From the human T2T-CHM13v2.0 reference genome, Homo sapiens: a DNA stretch of 64,000 nt. Under the pieces are notes generated by a model. The model saw only the letters and a list, made by a program, of their open reading frames with translations, searched no databases and had not been told where the DNA came from. The translations under genes and the position numbers were made by a program. The DNA is taken from assembly GCF_009914755.1 (NCBI RefSeq), contig NC_060929.1. One strand, given 5' to 3'. Every line of letters starts with the position of its first letter. The stretch's first letter is position 1. Positions 30,617 to 44,923 of the stretch are shown here, piece by piece.

Positions 30617-30644
<28 letters not shown>
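30617..30644. repeat. (CA)14 microsatellite within an L2 remnant (about 30500-30810)
   Basis: Direct read; an L2 tail tgtttaaatgaatga follows. Confidence 0.9.
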
Positions 30645-30647
<3 letters not shown>

Positions 30648-32122
30648 TACTATAATTGTATGCTTTTCTTCATCTGTAGGCTCCAGGTCCATTAGGACAA
30701 AGCTTGCATCTTTCAGCTCATAACTTTAGCTCTTAGAATTGTGCCTTGTACATAGTACATGTTCACTATATGTTTAAATGAATGAGTACATGAACAAAAT
30801 GAATGAATCTTTGTATCTTTTATAATATAGTTCTCCTTCCACCAAAGCACTCATCTTGGTACCTTCCCATCATGAGGCCAGGGTAAGGCTTTGTGACATC
30901 ACTCTAAGATAAGACAAAAGCACAAGAATAGGTTGTACTTAGCAGAGGCAAACAAAGCTGTCCTCGGGCAGGGTGTGACACAGGTTTCTTCTTGTCTTGA
31001 GGATGAGTGAAGAAGCCCACAGCCACATGGGTATTTTCGCAGCTTCCCATGGGGGAAAGGCTGACCCTGGATAGGTAGGTGATACATGACCTCGGAAGTA
31101 CATGGTTTCATTGTGGCTGGGGCCTAAAAGAAACAGGACTGGGCCTTGTGGTAGGTCTGGCCTCCAAAGCCTGGAAGGATGAGGTTGGTGCTCCGTGCTG
31201 TGGCCCAAAGAACAGTGTGAGCTGTTTCTTGAACACATAGTAAGATGTCCATGCCTTAGACACCAGCACAGGAATTCAGGCCCTGTACATTGGAGCTCTC
31301 TTATACTTTTCCTGGGCAACTAATTCAATTTTCAGGAGAGGGAAAAAAAAAAAGGAACAGCTGACATTTTCCATTGATGGCTCTCAGTAAAACCAGAAAT
31401 ACTTTGTGCTTTTGGGATTGAGGCGGGGTAAGGTGAGCTGCCAAGCTGCAACGTGTTCTTAAACAAACAGGCTGTGCAGCCACAGGAAAAGCCATCTAAC
31501 AAGGTATATTTTTATTAGTCCTTCTTTCAAAGACTTACAAGATTTTAAAAGAACCACATGAATTCTGCTTTTAACTTGCATAAAAGCCTGAAGTTAATTT
31601 TTATGAGCAAATTTCAAATCCCTGAAAAACAGGTTTGGTAATATCTCTGACAGGGCTTGAACTGCAAAGTTTAAGCAGGCCTCAGAAAAAAAATAGACAT
31701 TTTAATGTCCCCTGTACGTTTTCACTGAAAAGCTGTGTCACATTTTGGTAAATAATATTTAAAGGACAACAAATCTTGCTTAACAACACTCCATGGAAAA
31801 AGCCAGCAATGAATGACTTTCTACTGACTTTTAATGGTTACCTGCAAATCATCAAAGCCAAGGCTAATGACGTTCAGAAAACTATGAATTTTCTTGGTTT
31901 CTGATAAGTGATGTTGAAAGAATAGTCCATAAAACACACCACCAACTCCCACCTCTCTCCCATCCCTAAAATGCCTCATCTAGTCAGAGTTTCTGTTTAT
32001 AGTTCTCAAGTAAACAGAAGACACGAGAAGGTCACTGCACTCCCTGTGCATCTGCTGAGCCCTGACTTGGTCTATGTCTACACATGTAAGCTAATTAAAG
32101 CAAACATATTTAATTTTTTTTC

Positions 32123-32420
<298 letters not shown>

Positions 32421-33714
32421 TGATTTTTTTTTTTTTCTAATTCAGCCATATAATTGATTAGTATCCTTAGAGTTAATTAGGTTAACTAATACTAATTTTC
32501 CCCAATAATTTACAGTTTATTGAAATTATTGGTAGGACTCAGTAATACTCCTGACAGGTTAATGTCTGTATAAGCACAACATAAAGCTACTAGTCCTAGA
32601 AACTGAAGGCAGATGATTTTTTTCTCTCACTTTTTCTTTAGCCTCAACCCAAATAGAACAGAAGGTCAAAATGTGGCAATGTCTTGGTCACTTTTGAAGA
32701 GCCAACCCAGCATACATAATATTTCTGCATGTCATACTACCAAGATAAATCGCAAGTCAGGAAGCCAGGACCAGAACACAGCAGAGAGCTGTGTTCAAGA
32801 GGTGGAAATGAGAGCCCAGAGTCAGGGCACTGTGTCTATGTCTTGCCACCGGACCCCAGCAGCAGGGGGTCAGGAAATGACCTGGGCTTGGTTCTAGCCA
32901 AAAGGAGAGGTTCAGAATCCCTTCTATCCCCTCTAGACCCTTCCATTCACCAGCCACTTCTTCCTCACTTTGCCCACCATCTCCACCCTGGAAGCCAAGC
33001 CTCAAAACAGACTATATCTGGAAACTGCTTACCTTGTGGACAGGATGTGAAATATTTTAAACATCCTAACGCTACAACAGTGATCAGTGGTTTTATTTTA
33101 TGTCAACACTGAAGTGTGAGGACCAAATGTAAATAGATTTTTAATCACAACATTATTTCCAGAATGGCAGGAGAATTTAATTTTGGGATTTGGGAAGAAG
33201 GAATTATTGTTAAGTATCTCAGAAGAATCAAGATTTGGGAGCAGGAAGTGAAGACTTATCCAAATTAAAGATTGTGCTAATTTATTACAACCATGTATAC
33301 TGAAAACAAGCATGTTGGGGTAAGTGGACTGCTTCCTCCATAGCAGAGTTATGATAGCTTGGGAAGAAAGAATTAAGCCATTATAAAAAGTACAGCAACC
33401 TTCCTCCTTCCAGCCTGCCTGCACAAAGTGACCATGCAGAACAAGCCATACCTGTACACAATCTCCATTTCAAACACGTATAAAATCCTATTTACACATT
33501 TCTAAGCTTGTCTTTCTTGAGAACAACTGATTCCACTACAATCCTGGAGTCCTAAAACGTCTTATGTAATCCACTCCAACTTTTTCAATTGACAGACGAA
33601 AAGCCCGAGGTCCAGAGAGATAAAGTGACTTTCCCCAAATTTTAGAGTTTTCTGTTCCTCTAAGGGCGTAAGGGTGTAATAGGACAAAAAGTGATAATCT
33701 ATGTGACTTGGGAT

Positions 33715-33960
33715 TGGGAGACCAGTGTAATGTAGTGTGTTTGGATCCTGGCCAACTGTGTGATCTTAAGCAATTTTATGTCTCTGAGCCTCAATTTTCT
33801 TATTTCTAACAACTGGTATAATAATAGCACCAACTTCAAAGGTTTTTGTGGTGATTAAATGAGAGAACATATCTAAAGCATTCAGCACAGTGTCTGGTAC
33901 CTAGTAGGTATCAACAAAAGGTATCTATAATAGGTATTGTTGTTATTGGTATTATTACTG
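33715..33960 (+). mobile_element. MIR (further MIR remnants on the - strand at about 33500-33660 and 34045-34245)
   Basis: tgtgtgatcttaagcaa...tctctgagcctcaattttcttat...gattaaatgaga...aaagcattcagcacagtgtctgg. Confidence 0.8.
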
Positions 33961-35984
33961 TGCTAATAGCATAATGGGTGACAGAATAATGAAGTCAGGA
34001 GTCAAAATAAATTATAATAATGATTATTATTATAATAATAATATGATTAACATTTCTTAAGTGTGTGCCTAGGTACTTTAATGATTGCTTCAACTACATT
34101 ATCTCACTCAGTTCTCCCAATTCTACAGATAAGGAAACTTTCCCTTAGAGGAGCTTAAAATTTTGCTCAACAGCTGATAAGTGATGACCCTAGGATATGA
34201 ACCTAGGTTTCACAGACTCTAGAATTTCTGCCATTATGCTGAATTAAGGATAACCATTAATAGATTAAGGAAAAATAAAGAAAAGGAAGATGTTTAATTC
34301 CATGAGTGAGGTCCTTTACTCTTTTCCCAACTAAAACAGATGAAAGCCTACATTTTAGAGCAAGATGGGCCAATATCAATCACTTCACTTAACCATGTCA
34401 GACTTTTATGATAAATGTTACGGCTGAGTGTGAGGTCACTCAATGTCAGCTCAATATCCCTTTAACAGGGAGCTATAAGTCAATCCTGCCATCTTCAGAT
34501 TTATCTCTGGTGTACAATAAAACTGGTTGATTTTCTATTGATTGAGCATTTGAGATACAAAAGCTTGAGAATTGGCTGCTATTTGTTTGATGTGTTCCTG
34601 TGTCTGTCAAACTTGTAGGAGTGTTATCTGCTGTTTGAATGTGGCTTGAAGCTTCCCAAATCTGGCTTCCATAATTGTTTGGGAAATGTCATTTGCTTGA
34701 AAAATGGGGGTAAATTGAGGGCCTGTCTTTTCCTATTTGCAGATATTAAGAGATTTTATTTATGCAAGCTGTTAACCAGGTTAACATTGCCCACCCCATC
34801 CCTAGGGATGAAGTAGGAGTTCAGTGTGGGTGAGGCATACTTCTTAAGGGTCCTCAAAGCCTCTGAAAAAGTTACATCTTCAGTAGAAAGCCCACATATT
34901 GCAAAATGTTGGAAGGACGGTGCCTTAAATTGTGAAATCTTCTGTGAGGGATCTCATTTTTCTGGAACTCCCTGACATCTGAGCCCTCATGTTGCTGGAA
35001 TGATTCCAAGAGCACCATAAAATTAGGGCTGGTCCTGTCTGAACTGAGTCCAGATCATTTCAAAGTGACTCAAGGCAGGGAAATAAATATTGAACCTAGT
35101 TAAATGTTGCTTGAGATTATGCTTGGCACTGGGTGTCCAGTCACTGATTTACTCTTAGGTTACAGGGGTTATTTTGAGCCCAAATGGATGTGCCAGGGCG
35201 GATTCATTCAATGGCAGCAATTATTTGCAAGCACAGTTGCATTTCTGACATGTTTAGCGGAATGTAATGTAGAGATTTATGTGATGGTTTCAGGTGGGTG
35301 TAACAGACATTAAAGTCCTCAGTTTCATGCTACTTTACTCAACCCTGGATCACATTTGGCTTTTCCCCATTCTTTTTCTCCTTTTCCTTATCTTGCTTGA
35401 AAAAAACAAAAAACTGACGTTTTTTCTTTCTTTCTCTTTCTTTGTCTCTTTCTCTCATTCTGCTTCTTTCTTTGTCTTTCCTTTCTCATCCCTTTCCTTT
35501 CCTTTTAGACAATAACTTATAAGTTATGAGTGAACAATACGAAATCAGAATCAAAGAGGTTAAAAGAAAGAGTTGTAATGATATTCAGCTCACCCCACTC
35601 CCACTCTAAACCACCCAAAAAATATGGGGGTAGCTACTTGGAAAAGAAATGTTTTAAATGGCCAGTTACAACTTTAAAGAAGAGATTTTGAAGCACAGGT
35701 ACCCATGGTACACATGGACTATGTACAGCCATACAATTTAAGCCCTGTTGAGTTGGCCTGTGACATGTTTCATTTTATGACTGATGTCGGGTCTTGTACC
35801 TCAGTGCCACAAGATGGAAGTCACATGCAGTCCCAGTCCTCTGCCTCTCTTCCCTTCAGCAAGAGGAGGATACTCCCTAGTGCCACATTTGGTCTCACTG
35901 TTTGATCTGAGGCTCTGGCTGCTGTCAAGTCCCAGCTGGGCAAGACACTGGAGCAGCATTCTGGTATAAGGGCAACCTTTGGGA

Positions 35985-36200
35985 TCACACATACCCACAT
36001 GGGACTCCTGATCTGCACTCTATTAACTGTCAACCTTCAGCAATTGACCTAAAACTCTCTGAGCTCAGTTTCCTTATCTGTAAGATGGAGATGATAATAA
36101 CTCCTACCTTGCAGTACTGTTGTGAAGATTTAATGGGGTAATGCACATAAAGTGCTTGGGTCAGCACCTGCCATCAGCAACACTTACTACATGGTAGACA
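35985..36200 (+). mobile_element. MIR
   Basis: ctctctgagctcagtttccttatctgtaagatggagatgataata...gtgaagatttaatg. Confidence 0.8.
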
Positions 36201-36699
36201 GCAGAACAATTCCTCAAATGTCAAACCACCTCTCTTTCTGATAGGCCTGCAGACTCTGGCCACAGATGTGACCCTAGCCTCAAACCTCTAAAGACCTGGC
36301 CACAGAGATCAGGTGGCTCAAAATCTTGGCAGAGGTGGACAACGGGGGGCAGGTCAGAGGTCCAACGTGGCAATCAGGCAGGAACCATCTTCCCAAGACA
36401 CACCCCCACTTCTTGGGTTACACTGCCTATGCTCGGTCTCCGACCCGTTTCTACATTGGCCTGGCAAGGTGCAGGGCCCTGCCAAACACAATGCCAAGCA
36501 CAGGCTTTATTAACTTGCCTATATCTTGAGAAAATAGACACAAAACAACAGAGTATACATTAAATCCTGTTAGGAGAAAAATCAATAAGAAATATCTGTT
36601 TAACAAAGCCCCATACTTAGACCATTTTCTTTCAAGAACTATTTGATCACACTTAAGATCAGAAGCCATAATTTTCACATATGTAAGACTGTATAGTTC

Positions 36700-36895
36700 C
36701 CAAAGCCGTTCCCCATACCTTATCTTATTTGAGCCTTCCCAATACCTTTCAAGGTAAGTATTATCTCCACTTTACAGATAAGAAGCTGATGTTCAGAAAG
36801 TTTTAAGTCAGATCCAAGGTCATTCAGCTAATACCTGTTTGAGTTATTTCTTGATCCGAGATCTTCTGACCCCAGCATTCCCAGCACTACACTGT
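36700..36895 (-). mobile_element. MIR
   Basis: attatctccactttacagataagaagctgatgttcagaaag...ccaaggtcattcagcta. Confidence 0.75.
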
Positions 36896-38419
36896 TCACC
36901 TTTTTCTACCCACTGAGTACTGGTCACCAAAACCCCTACTACCCTCACATCCCAACACTCACCTATGCTATCTGGCTTTGATTAGAAACCTGACCAAGGT
37001 ATAGGCTCTGAAAAGACACACAAGTTAAACGAGGCATGAAAAAATTATCTGGTTTAAAATATGATCATGAATATACACCATACACAAAAGAACTTAATGG
37101 AAAGAAACAGAGCCCAAGAATTTCAGGGGGACTCTTCACTCTTCCAGCTTTAAGAAGCAAACTGGACCTGATGGGTGATGTACTTTGTGAGCCAGTTAAT
37201 ATAAATATCATGATAATTTTAATGATAATACAGCCCATAGACCTCAGGGAGAAAGTAGTATTCTCACCAAAGGTACAAATGGATGGGGATTTTATGAACG
37301 AAGGAAGATCACTTCCTCTACACAGACTCTATGCTCCCAGCTACAGTGATTTATTTCTGCCCCTTCCAACCCAACATTTCCTGAGAATCCCCATGGCCCC
37401 TGTCTTTGCTAGGTGGGGAAGACAGACCTGATCTTGTCACAGGAGTAGTGCTGGTGAGGAGAGGACAACAGACCTAGTGATGTTTCTTTCACCCTCCCCA
37501 ATTCCCACCACCTAGAAAATGAAGACTGACAACTATTAATGACTCCTGGTAACCACGTATGGATTATTCATGAGATAAAGCATGATTTAAACCATAGCTA
37601 TGAGATGATCATTTCATGTCCCACATAGCCCTTCCCCAGCCAGGCCTGAAGCTATAGGGATGGAGGTGGGTGTTTGGGATGAACCAGGGCTGCCACACAA
37701 AACATCCAAAGAAACCAACTTCTTGACTGCGGGGAGCACAGGCAGAGCTGATTGGACATCAGCTACTCTGAGGAACACAGGAGATTGCCTATTTTTTAGG
37801 AAATGTTCCAAAAAATTGTTTCCCCTCCTCTTTAGCCCAGAGTGAAGGAGGGTGTTTCCTATGCAGACAGTGCAACCTGCCCCGGCCCCTCACCACAGTG
37901 AGAGAAGACTCAGCAGCACATGCTCACCGAGCTAACTGAACCGATGGTGCTCTCCGTAGTGGCCACAGACTACAGCTGAGGTCAACTGATGCATGCCCAA
38001 CGACGTCTGCAGATCCCAAGATATGATTTCATTAATTGCCGTGGATAAATCAGTTGGGCATTTGCTGGCAGTGTTTAAAATGCCACGATGGTTCAGATTA
38101 GAAAGCTGCTAGCACTGTAAGTCCAAAAGTGACCCAAGGAGGGTTCTTGGCTTCTGCCAAGGGTAAGATCCCACAGCTGCTTGAGTTGACTCCACCTGAA
38201 CAAAGTGAGGCCTCTGCCATCAGGCCCATCATTCCATCTAGATAGGTATGGCCTCCTGCCACCACCGGGACACACATCTGTGATACAACCAGAGACTACA
38301 AAGGTACCCTGGGCTGGAGGCAGGGCAGGGGTAATTGCAGTATCAGAACCTACTTCCCAGGATTCTTGACAAAGTTCTCCCCAACAGGTGCTTCTCCTCT
38401 CTGGAGTAGTGTAATGATG

Positions 38420-38645
38420 AAAGACACGTATTAGAAGTTGAACTACCAAGGTTTGAATCCCAGCTCTGCCCACCAACTATGTAATCATGAGAAAGTCACT
38501 TAACCTCTCTGAATCTCAGCTTCCTCCTCTGCAAAAGGGAAGAATAAAGCTCCTATATAGTCCCATAAAATTGGTGTAAGGATTAAAAGACATGATTGGT
38601 GTGAAGAGTTAGAACAGTGAGTCAACATGAAGTCATGTTCCATAT
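38420..38645 (+). mobile_element. MIR
   Basis: ggtttgaatcccagctctgcc...aagtcacttaacctctctgaatctcagcttcctc. Confidence 0.85.
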
Positions 38646-40929
38646 TATTTTTCCTTTAGGGTCCTCCGTCTTCCCCTTTCCCTGGAGACCCATCCTATCT
38701 GCCCTAGTGGGGCAGTGCCTTGTTCTCTGGGATGCTCCTCTCTTTACTCTGAAAGAGATCAAATAACCAGTCCACACAAAGCTTAATATGTTGTTCAATA
38801 GGAGGGTGGAACTTTAGATGCAAGGAGCAAACTCCTAGAGGGAAATTTCCAGTTTTATTGGTCTGCAGATAGAAAAGGGTTATTTGCATCATGTAGGAGA
38901 GTATTGAATAGGAGGTGAGGAAGTAGGCCAAGGCCTCATAATCTGGACATCGATTTCAGGATAAGAAGTGCATATATAAGAGGTTTCATAGGTAGAGTCG
39001 AGAGCAAGCATAGTAGAAATGACACTACAAAGATTTTAAGAAAAAATAGGATTGAAGGGGAGCCAGTGTTGCCAGATGGAGGCCATCATGTGGAGATCCT
39101 GCTTGGAGCACTCACTAGCCCAGAGCCACCATGCCATGGGATGGACCTGCAGCCTCTGGAGGCCTTGATAAGGGATGGCTGAGCTGAGCTGAGTGTTCAT
39201 TTCCCTGTGCTTTTTACATTTCCTAAGGTATAGGCAACCAGGAGATGCCTTATTCTCTACAATTTTCTGGGACCAACATAGCCACATCTGTTATCCCTTT
39301 GTCCTTCCTCACCTTCCTTGCAACTCTTCATACACATTCACACACACACACACCTTTCCAGGTCTGAGAAAAAGGTAATAGACAAAACACAAACTCTAAG
39401 AATCAAATGCAGACATGTGAAGCTGGCCAGGTGCAATCATACATGCCCTCGGGTAAGGCATGATTCATCACCAAAGTCCCCAACTCCTCTGCTCTCTGAA
39501 AACACTCTGCCTTCTTGCAGATGGATGGTGACAGTCCCACTCCTTTCTACCTCATACTGAGACCAGCTTGAGCATGTGGCTGGCCATGCAGCCTTGAAAA
39601 GGACAAATGACCTGAAGGGACTAAAGTAGAATGGGGAAAGCCAGGCACTCCAAAGCTGCAACATCACCCTCTGGCAGTTATAATTGCTCCCCTGCAGTGA
39701 GGGAATGTCCCTGCCCACTACTCATCGACCAGGTAGCTCCTGGAGGGCTCAAGTTCCTGGTGGAAGGGGCTTGGCCTGTTTCAACTAACTTCAAGCAGCA
39801 CAAAGCCCAGCCCATCTCTCTGTAGCTCTGGGCATTTAACAAATGCTTTTAATGATGATGATGCAACCCTTTCAGCTTAGGTCTATCAGGGTCCCCTGAG
39901 AAACATATATTATCTGAAGCTTTCCCTTTTGCTTAATTACATTGTGCTAATGTTCTTTTTCCACTAGATTTCTCCTCCCCCAACTCTCCCATCCAAATCC
40001 TGCTTCACTGTGGGTTGGATTTACATAAAAGGCCAGCACGTTATAATTGTGATGATTGATCACCAAAGTTTCCTTGGGTTCAGATTGTTTCCTAATGTGG
40101 GTCATTTTTCATCATGAAGAGTTGGCTGATAATGATGTCATTTCCATTGCTTGAATTTTGAGGCAGTGGCCACATATCACAGAGTTTAAATGACTGTCTA
40201 TAGGGCAGCAAAATCATGTCGTTATCAGTTTAAAGCAGTTGCTGCTTTACTCCTGGGGACAAAACAAGAATTGGAGCCTCCTAAAACTCATCAAACAAGA
40301 GCAGGATGCCAAGAATACAAATCTGTATCTGGGCCTGGGAAAGGGGGAGCAGGAAGGAGGGGTGGTGGTGAAGCAAACCTGTTTTTGCATGAGGCTGTGT
40401 GGTAAGTATCAGATAAAAATGACAAAGTCATACTTGACAGAAAATAAGCTGTACTGCTGATCACTGGATACCTTAGATGTGTTCACCCACAATCCTTTAA
40501 CTGTGATTTCACAGGAAGATTAACGAGCAAGAATTGAAATCATTCACGAAGAGAAGCTTTGGACTAAAACCCATCTGCCAGATAAGCCAATAAATGTCCC
40601 TCTCATCAAGTGATTGGGACTGGGATGGAGCTGGAATTTGGCCCTAATGTTGCATGTGTAAAGTATGCATATAAAATGAAATGATGTTACATGTGTGTTT
40701 AAAACAAATAGTTGCATTGTTAAAATCCCAAGGCTTGCAGACCCTAAATCACTGTGAGTGAGGTGCTGCCCCAGATGCTCTGTTTTCTGCTATTTGCCCC
40801 CAGCCAACTTCCCATGTGGCATGTCCTTCTGAACCCTCTAGGATGCCCTGCAGATGTTAAAAGTGTATAGTGCAGCCCCAGCCCTGTCTTCCACAGTCTT
40901 TCTCATGCAACCCAGCATCCCTCCTCCAA

Positions 40930-41860
40930 CTTCTTTTCAAAATACTCTAACTTGGAGAAAATTGCAAGAACAGTAAAATGAACACCCATATATTGCTCAC
41001 CTACATTCACTAATTATTTTTATTGTCCCAAATATGCTTTATCTCTCTGTATACATATACACACTTTTTTTTGTTTAATCATTTGAGAATTCATTGTTTT
41101 AGCTTCCCATGCTTCAGGATACTTCCCTCCTACATACTTAGGTGAGTATCTCAACAAAAGGTTTTCCTCCTTTCATATCACTTCAGAAATTTCACATTGA
41201 TATAATACTATTCTCTAATATGGTCTTTTTTAAGTTCAATTGTCCCTATAGTTTTATGCAGCTGATTTAAGTACATACATACACACATACACACACCCAC
41301 ACACACCCGCACACCCACACACACACGCCTCCAGGGTTTAATCAAAGATCTCACATTGCGTTTAGCTGACATGTTTGCTTTTTCATTTGTTTGTTTTGTG
41401 TTGTGGTGTTGAATTGGTCCTAGCGGTATCAATATAAACCTATTTTTATTTCAAAAATTTATTTCTTAGGAAGATGGAGATATGTCAAGAAGACACAGGA
41501 TTCTTCTTGAAAGGATTCCCACTGGGAAAACTGGGATAATTTAAACATCAAAATGACAAATGACAGAAGTGGTTATAACATATTAGAGGGAACAAATATA
41601 TTTTCTGATATTTTGAAAAATCAAGGTGGGAAGAAGAATGGAACACTCCTCTTTAGAGAAGAATACCAACTAATAAATGAGTAGGAAATTTAGAAATAGA
41701 AAATTGTCATTTTGTAACCATCATAGTGATAATTAATTCAGGCAGGGGCCATGATATCCCAGTCCACATTTGTACCTTTCTTTTTCCACAGTGAGAATCC
41801 AGGTTCCCAACAACCTTGTTATGTTTACCCATTTGCCTGGTCCTGCAGTACACACTATCA
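40930..41860. mobile_element. L1MC4/5-like 3'UTR fragments in mixed orientation with a CA-rich insert (41272-41328)
   Basis: aacacccatata...cacctacattcac, atcaaagatctcacattgcgtttag, gggataatttaaacatcaaaat. Confidence 0.55.
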
Positions 41861-42725
41861 ACAATTTATTAAGTGGAGTTCAAGATTTCCATACCGTTTC
41901 ATTTTTATTCTTAGAAAATGTTATGTTGGGTTGTACAATCAGCATACTTTGTTCGAAAGTGACTTGAGTACTTTTTCTAATCTGTAATTTTTATCTATTT
42001 CATGTAATTTTGGGTTTTTTCTGCTTGAATTCAATTTTCATCTTTTTTCCATTTCTTAATTCTATTTTTTGGAAATGTAAACCTTTAACACACTTTGAAA
42101 CACAAAACCAAATCAAAAGGGATCCCCAGAGAAATTCCATCTTCTTCCCTATGACTTGCATTTGGTTCTCACTGACCCCTATAAATAACCAATTTCATTC
42201 ATTTCTAGTTTAATTTCCTTGTTTTGTTTTTTTTTTTTTTTTTTTTTTTTTCAGAAAAATAAGCAAATTTACAGACAAATTTTTAAGCCATTAATATTTG
42301 TGTCCTTTTTGTAACAATTGCTTTGGAATTTTGGAAAAATATATGAGAAAATTCCAAAAGATGAAGTCACCCCAAGAACATACGTTTTCATTTCCTGCTT
42401 AGAGTTAAGTGAAGAATTTTTGTTTAAGGGAGGATGACAGACGCCAACCTAGTCATTGGACTTAGGGGACTAGCCACTATCACATTCCTCAAAATCTGTA
42501 TTTTTTTGTCTCAGTAACAAATAAGAATGCAACCAATTTGACCCCGTACTGATTCTCTTGTTGATATGATCAAATTAACCAGCCAAGCAACAGCACTTCC
42601 TAGACTCAGCATAATTCTGATCACTTTGTTCTGTAGCTTAATACCCTTCCATGGCTTCCTATTGTCCTCAGGATAAATTCCAAACTTGCAAAGCCCACAG
42701 TAGGCTGCCCTCTCCACTTGGCGTG

Positions 42726-42750
42726 CACACACACACACACACACACACAC
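42726..42750. repeat. (CA)n microsatellite in an L2 remnant
   Basis: Direct read. Confidence 0.85.
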
Positions 42751-43466
42751 GGGTTCCTGAGTCCCAACAGTTCACTTCTTTTCTCAACCTGTGCTGTTTG
42801 CTTTGCTCACACTGAGCCCAACATTTGAACTGCTCTTCCCACGAAGGGCAAGGAAGTCGGGTGGATGGGTGTCACCTTCACCAGCCCCTCAAGGCAAGTC
42901 CATTTGTTGAGCTCTAAAGACGCATCTTACATTGCAGTTTCCCATGTCTGAAACTTGGGAGTTGGATTTATAACAGGACCTCCTGTGACTGCAACCACTT
43001 GGAAAGGCATGATGGGAAACTGGGCTTTCCAGTTTAGCCTTGGAGCCAAGGACAGGTGCAGGACGGCTTATTACTGTTCCAGGACAGAACTTGGGACCCA
43101 GTAGCTCCTTTGGCCCCAGCCTCTCGGTCCTGCACTGTGGTGTGGCCCTCAGCCCTCCCGATAGTGAGGACTGCACCCCCACCCTGTTCCCTTCATGCCT
43201 CAGGCCTTCCAAGTTCCGACCCTGCAATTGGATGACTCTGTCTGCCTCACCTGTTTCCATGCGTTGTATTTCCAACCAGGCTAGTAAATTAACAGTCTCC
43301 TAGGAGATCTCTTTTTCTGACTCTCTTCTTGCATTTCTACTTCCCGGATCCTGCATCGGATCCTACATGGCTCTATAGCAATCCCATAAAACCCAGCATT
43401 TAATCTTGGTCTAGTTCCTTCTATTGTCTTCAACTCCATGCTTCCACTTGAAGAGAAGCTAACGCA

Positions 43467-43605
43467 GCAGTAATTTTCAGCCTTGACTGTGAAAAAGAAT
43501 CACCTGAGAGATTTCTGACTCAGTAATCTATGGGTAGGGCACTAGGATTTGCACTTCCAGCATGTACCTCGGGGACCGCCAGGACCTCTTTAAGAAACCC
43601 AGTAG
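43467..43605. mobile_element. MER5B-like
   Basis: gaatcacctgagagatttctgactcagtaatctatggg...gatttgcactt. Confidence 0.6.
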
Positions 43606-44559
43606 GTAGGCAGTCTGGGCACTTCCTATCACCCTTCACCCTAACTGGGCCCTGTTAATGCTAGAGATACTCTTTCTCCTAATTACTCACAATGACTATT
43701 CAGCAGACATCCTTAGGAAACTCTAGGCCTCTAAGCCGACAATTGCTCTCACCAGAACCACTGCCCTCAGCTGGCCCAGTCAGGAACCACAGCTCTAAGA
43801 CACACTCCCTGCTCTTTACCCCAATTACCTTCTTGCCCTAAAACAGATTTATCTTTGAACTGTGTATTTTTGCACTCAGAAAAATAGACATTATTATGCT
43901 GCCTGCTCACACTCTGTTTATTCACACCAATGTAATTTTTATTAAAATAATGTTTGCATATATCATTTGTAAATGTGTTTTAGATAGTAGGCATACTTCA
44001 AAATCTCTTTCCATCACCCAACTTGTAGAAAATAATTTCACTAACACCCAGCTAATCAATATTTCTTCTTCAAAAACATAATAAAATGAAATTTGGCTTG
44101 ACATCTATGAAGCTGGTACAAATTAGTGAGAATTACCACCACCTGGCAGAAAAGTGGCTAATAGACATGGTGGAAGGTGTCCTGGCCATTTATAAGCAGA
44201 GTCTGGTGGAGGCGGCCACATAGAACCAAGTCCAGTGGAGGCAGATGATGGCTGGTTTGGGAGGGGTGCTGGGAGACTGTTTTCCTCCAGCCCTTGGGAC
44301 ACGGGCATGCTTGTCTTCACTTCTGAGGATGTCAGCAGCTGCTTTGGCCGAGAGTACATGTGGTCTTATGTACAAAGCTTTTTTTTTTTTTTTTTTTTTC
44401 CCCACAGAGCCTTGAAAGAAATCAGAAGAGATTCTGAGGAGGTAGCTAAGGAATCCCAGATCACCTAAGAGTTTGGAAAGAAGAAAGAGGGCATGGCACA
44501 CCCAGGGGAATGACGCCTCTGCACCCCAGCCTGGCCTCACAAGCACTGTAGTGGTTATA

Positions 44560-44755
44560 TACGAGGCTCTGGGGGCTTTCTGCTGGAATCCTCCTCCTGC
44601 TCTGCCATGACCAGTTGTGATTCTGGGCAATTTACTTAGTCTCTGTCAGCCTTCCCCATCCACTGGAGGAGAGATAGTTTTAACTCATGTCACTGTGATA
44701 ACTGCACTGATGACATCAGGTATTTGACACAAAGTAAGCATTCAATAAACATGCC
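44560..44755 (+). mobile_element. MIR whose 3' end is the target of a later insertion
   Basis: ggaatcctcctcctgctctgcca...tgtgattctgggcaatttacttag...agtaagcattcaataaa. Confidence 0.7.
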
Positions 44756-44915
44756 TTTTTTTTGTTGTGGTAAAATAGACATAATAAAATTTATAATTTT
44801 GGCCATTTTTAAGGGTATGGTTCAGTGGCATTAAGTACATTCACATTGCTGTGCAACCATCACTACCCTCCATCTCCAGAACATTTTCATCATCTCCAAC
44901 TGAAACTTTATTCTT
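44756..44915 (-). mobile_element. L1MB 3' terminal fragment
   Basis: T-run then tgtggtaaaata...ttcagtggcattaagtacattcacattgctgtgcaaccatcac. Confidence 0.85.
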
Positions 44916-44923
44916 TTTTTCAA

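Noticed and set aside
44128-44225. CTCF-like and TATA-like motifs suggesting a promoter
   Set aside because: Imperfect matches, no CpG island and no downstream exon structure.
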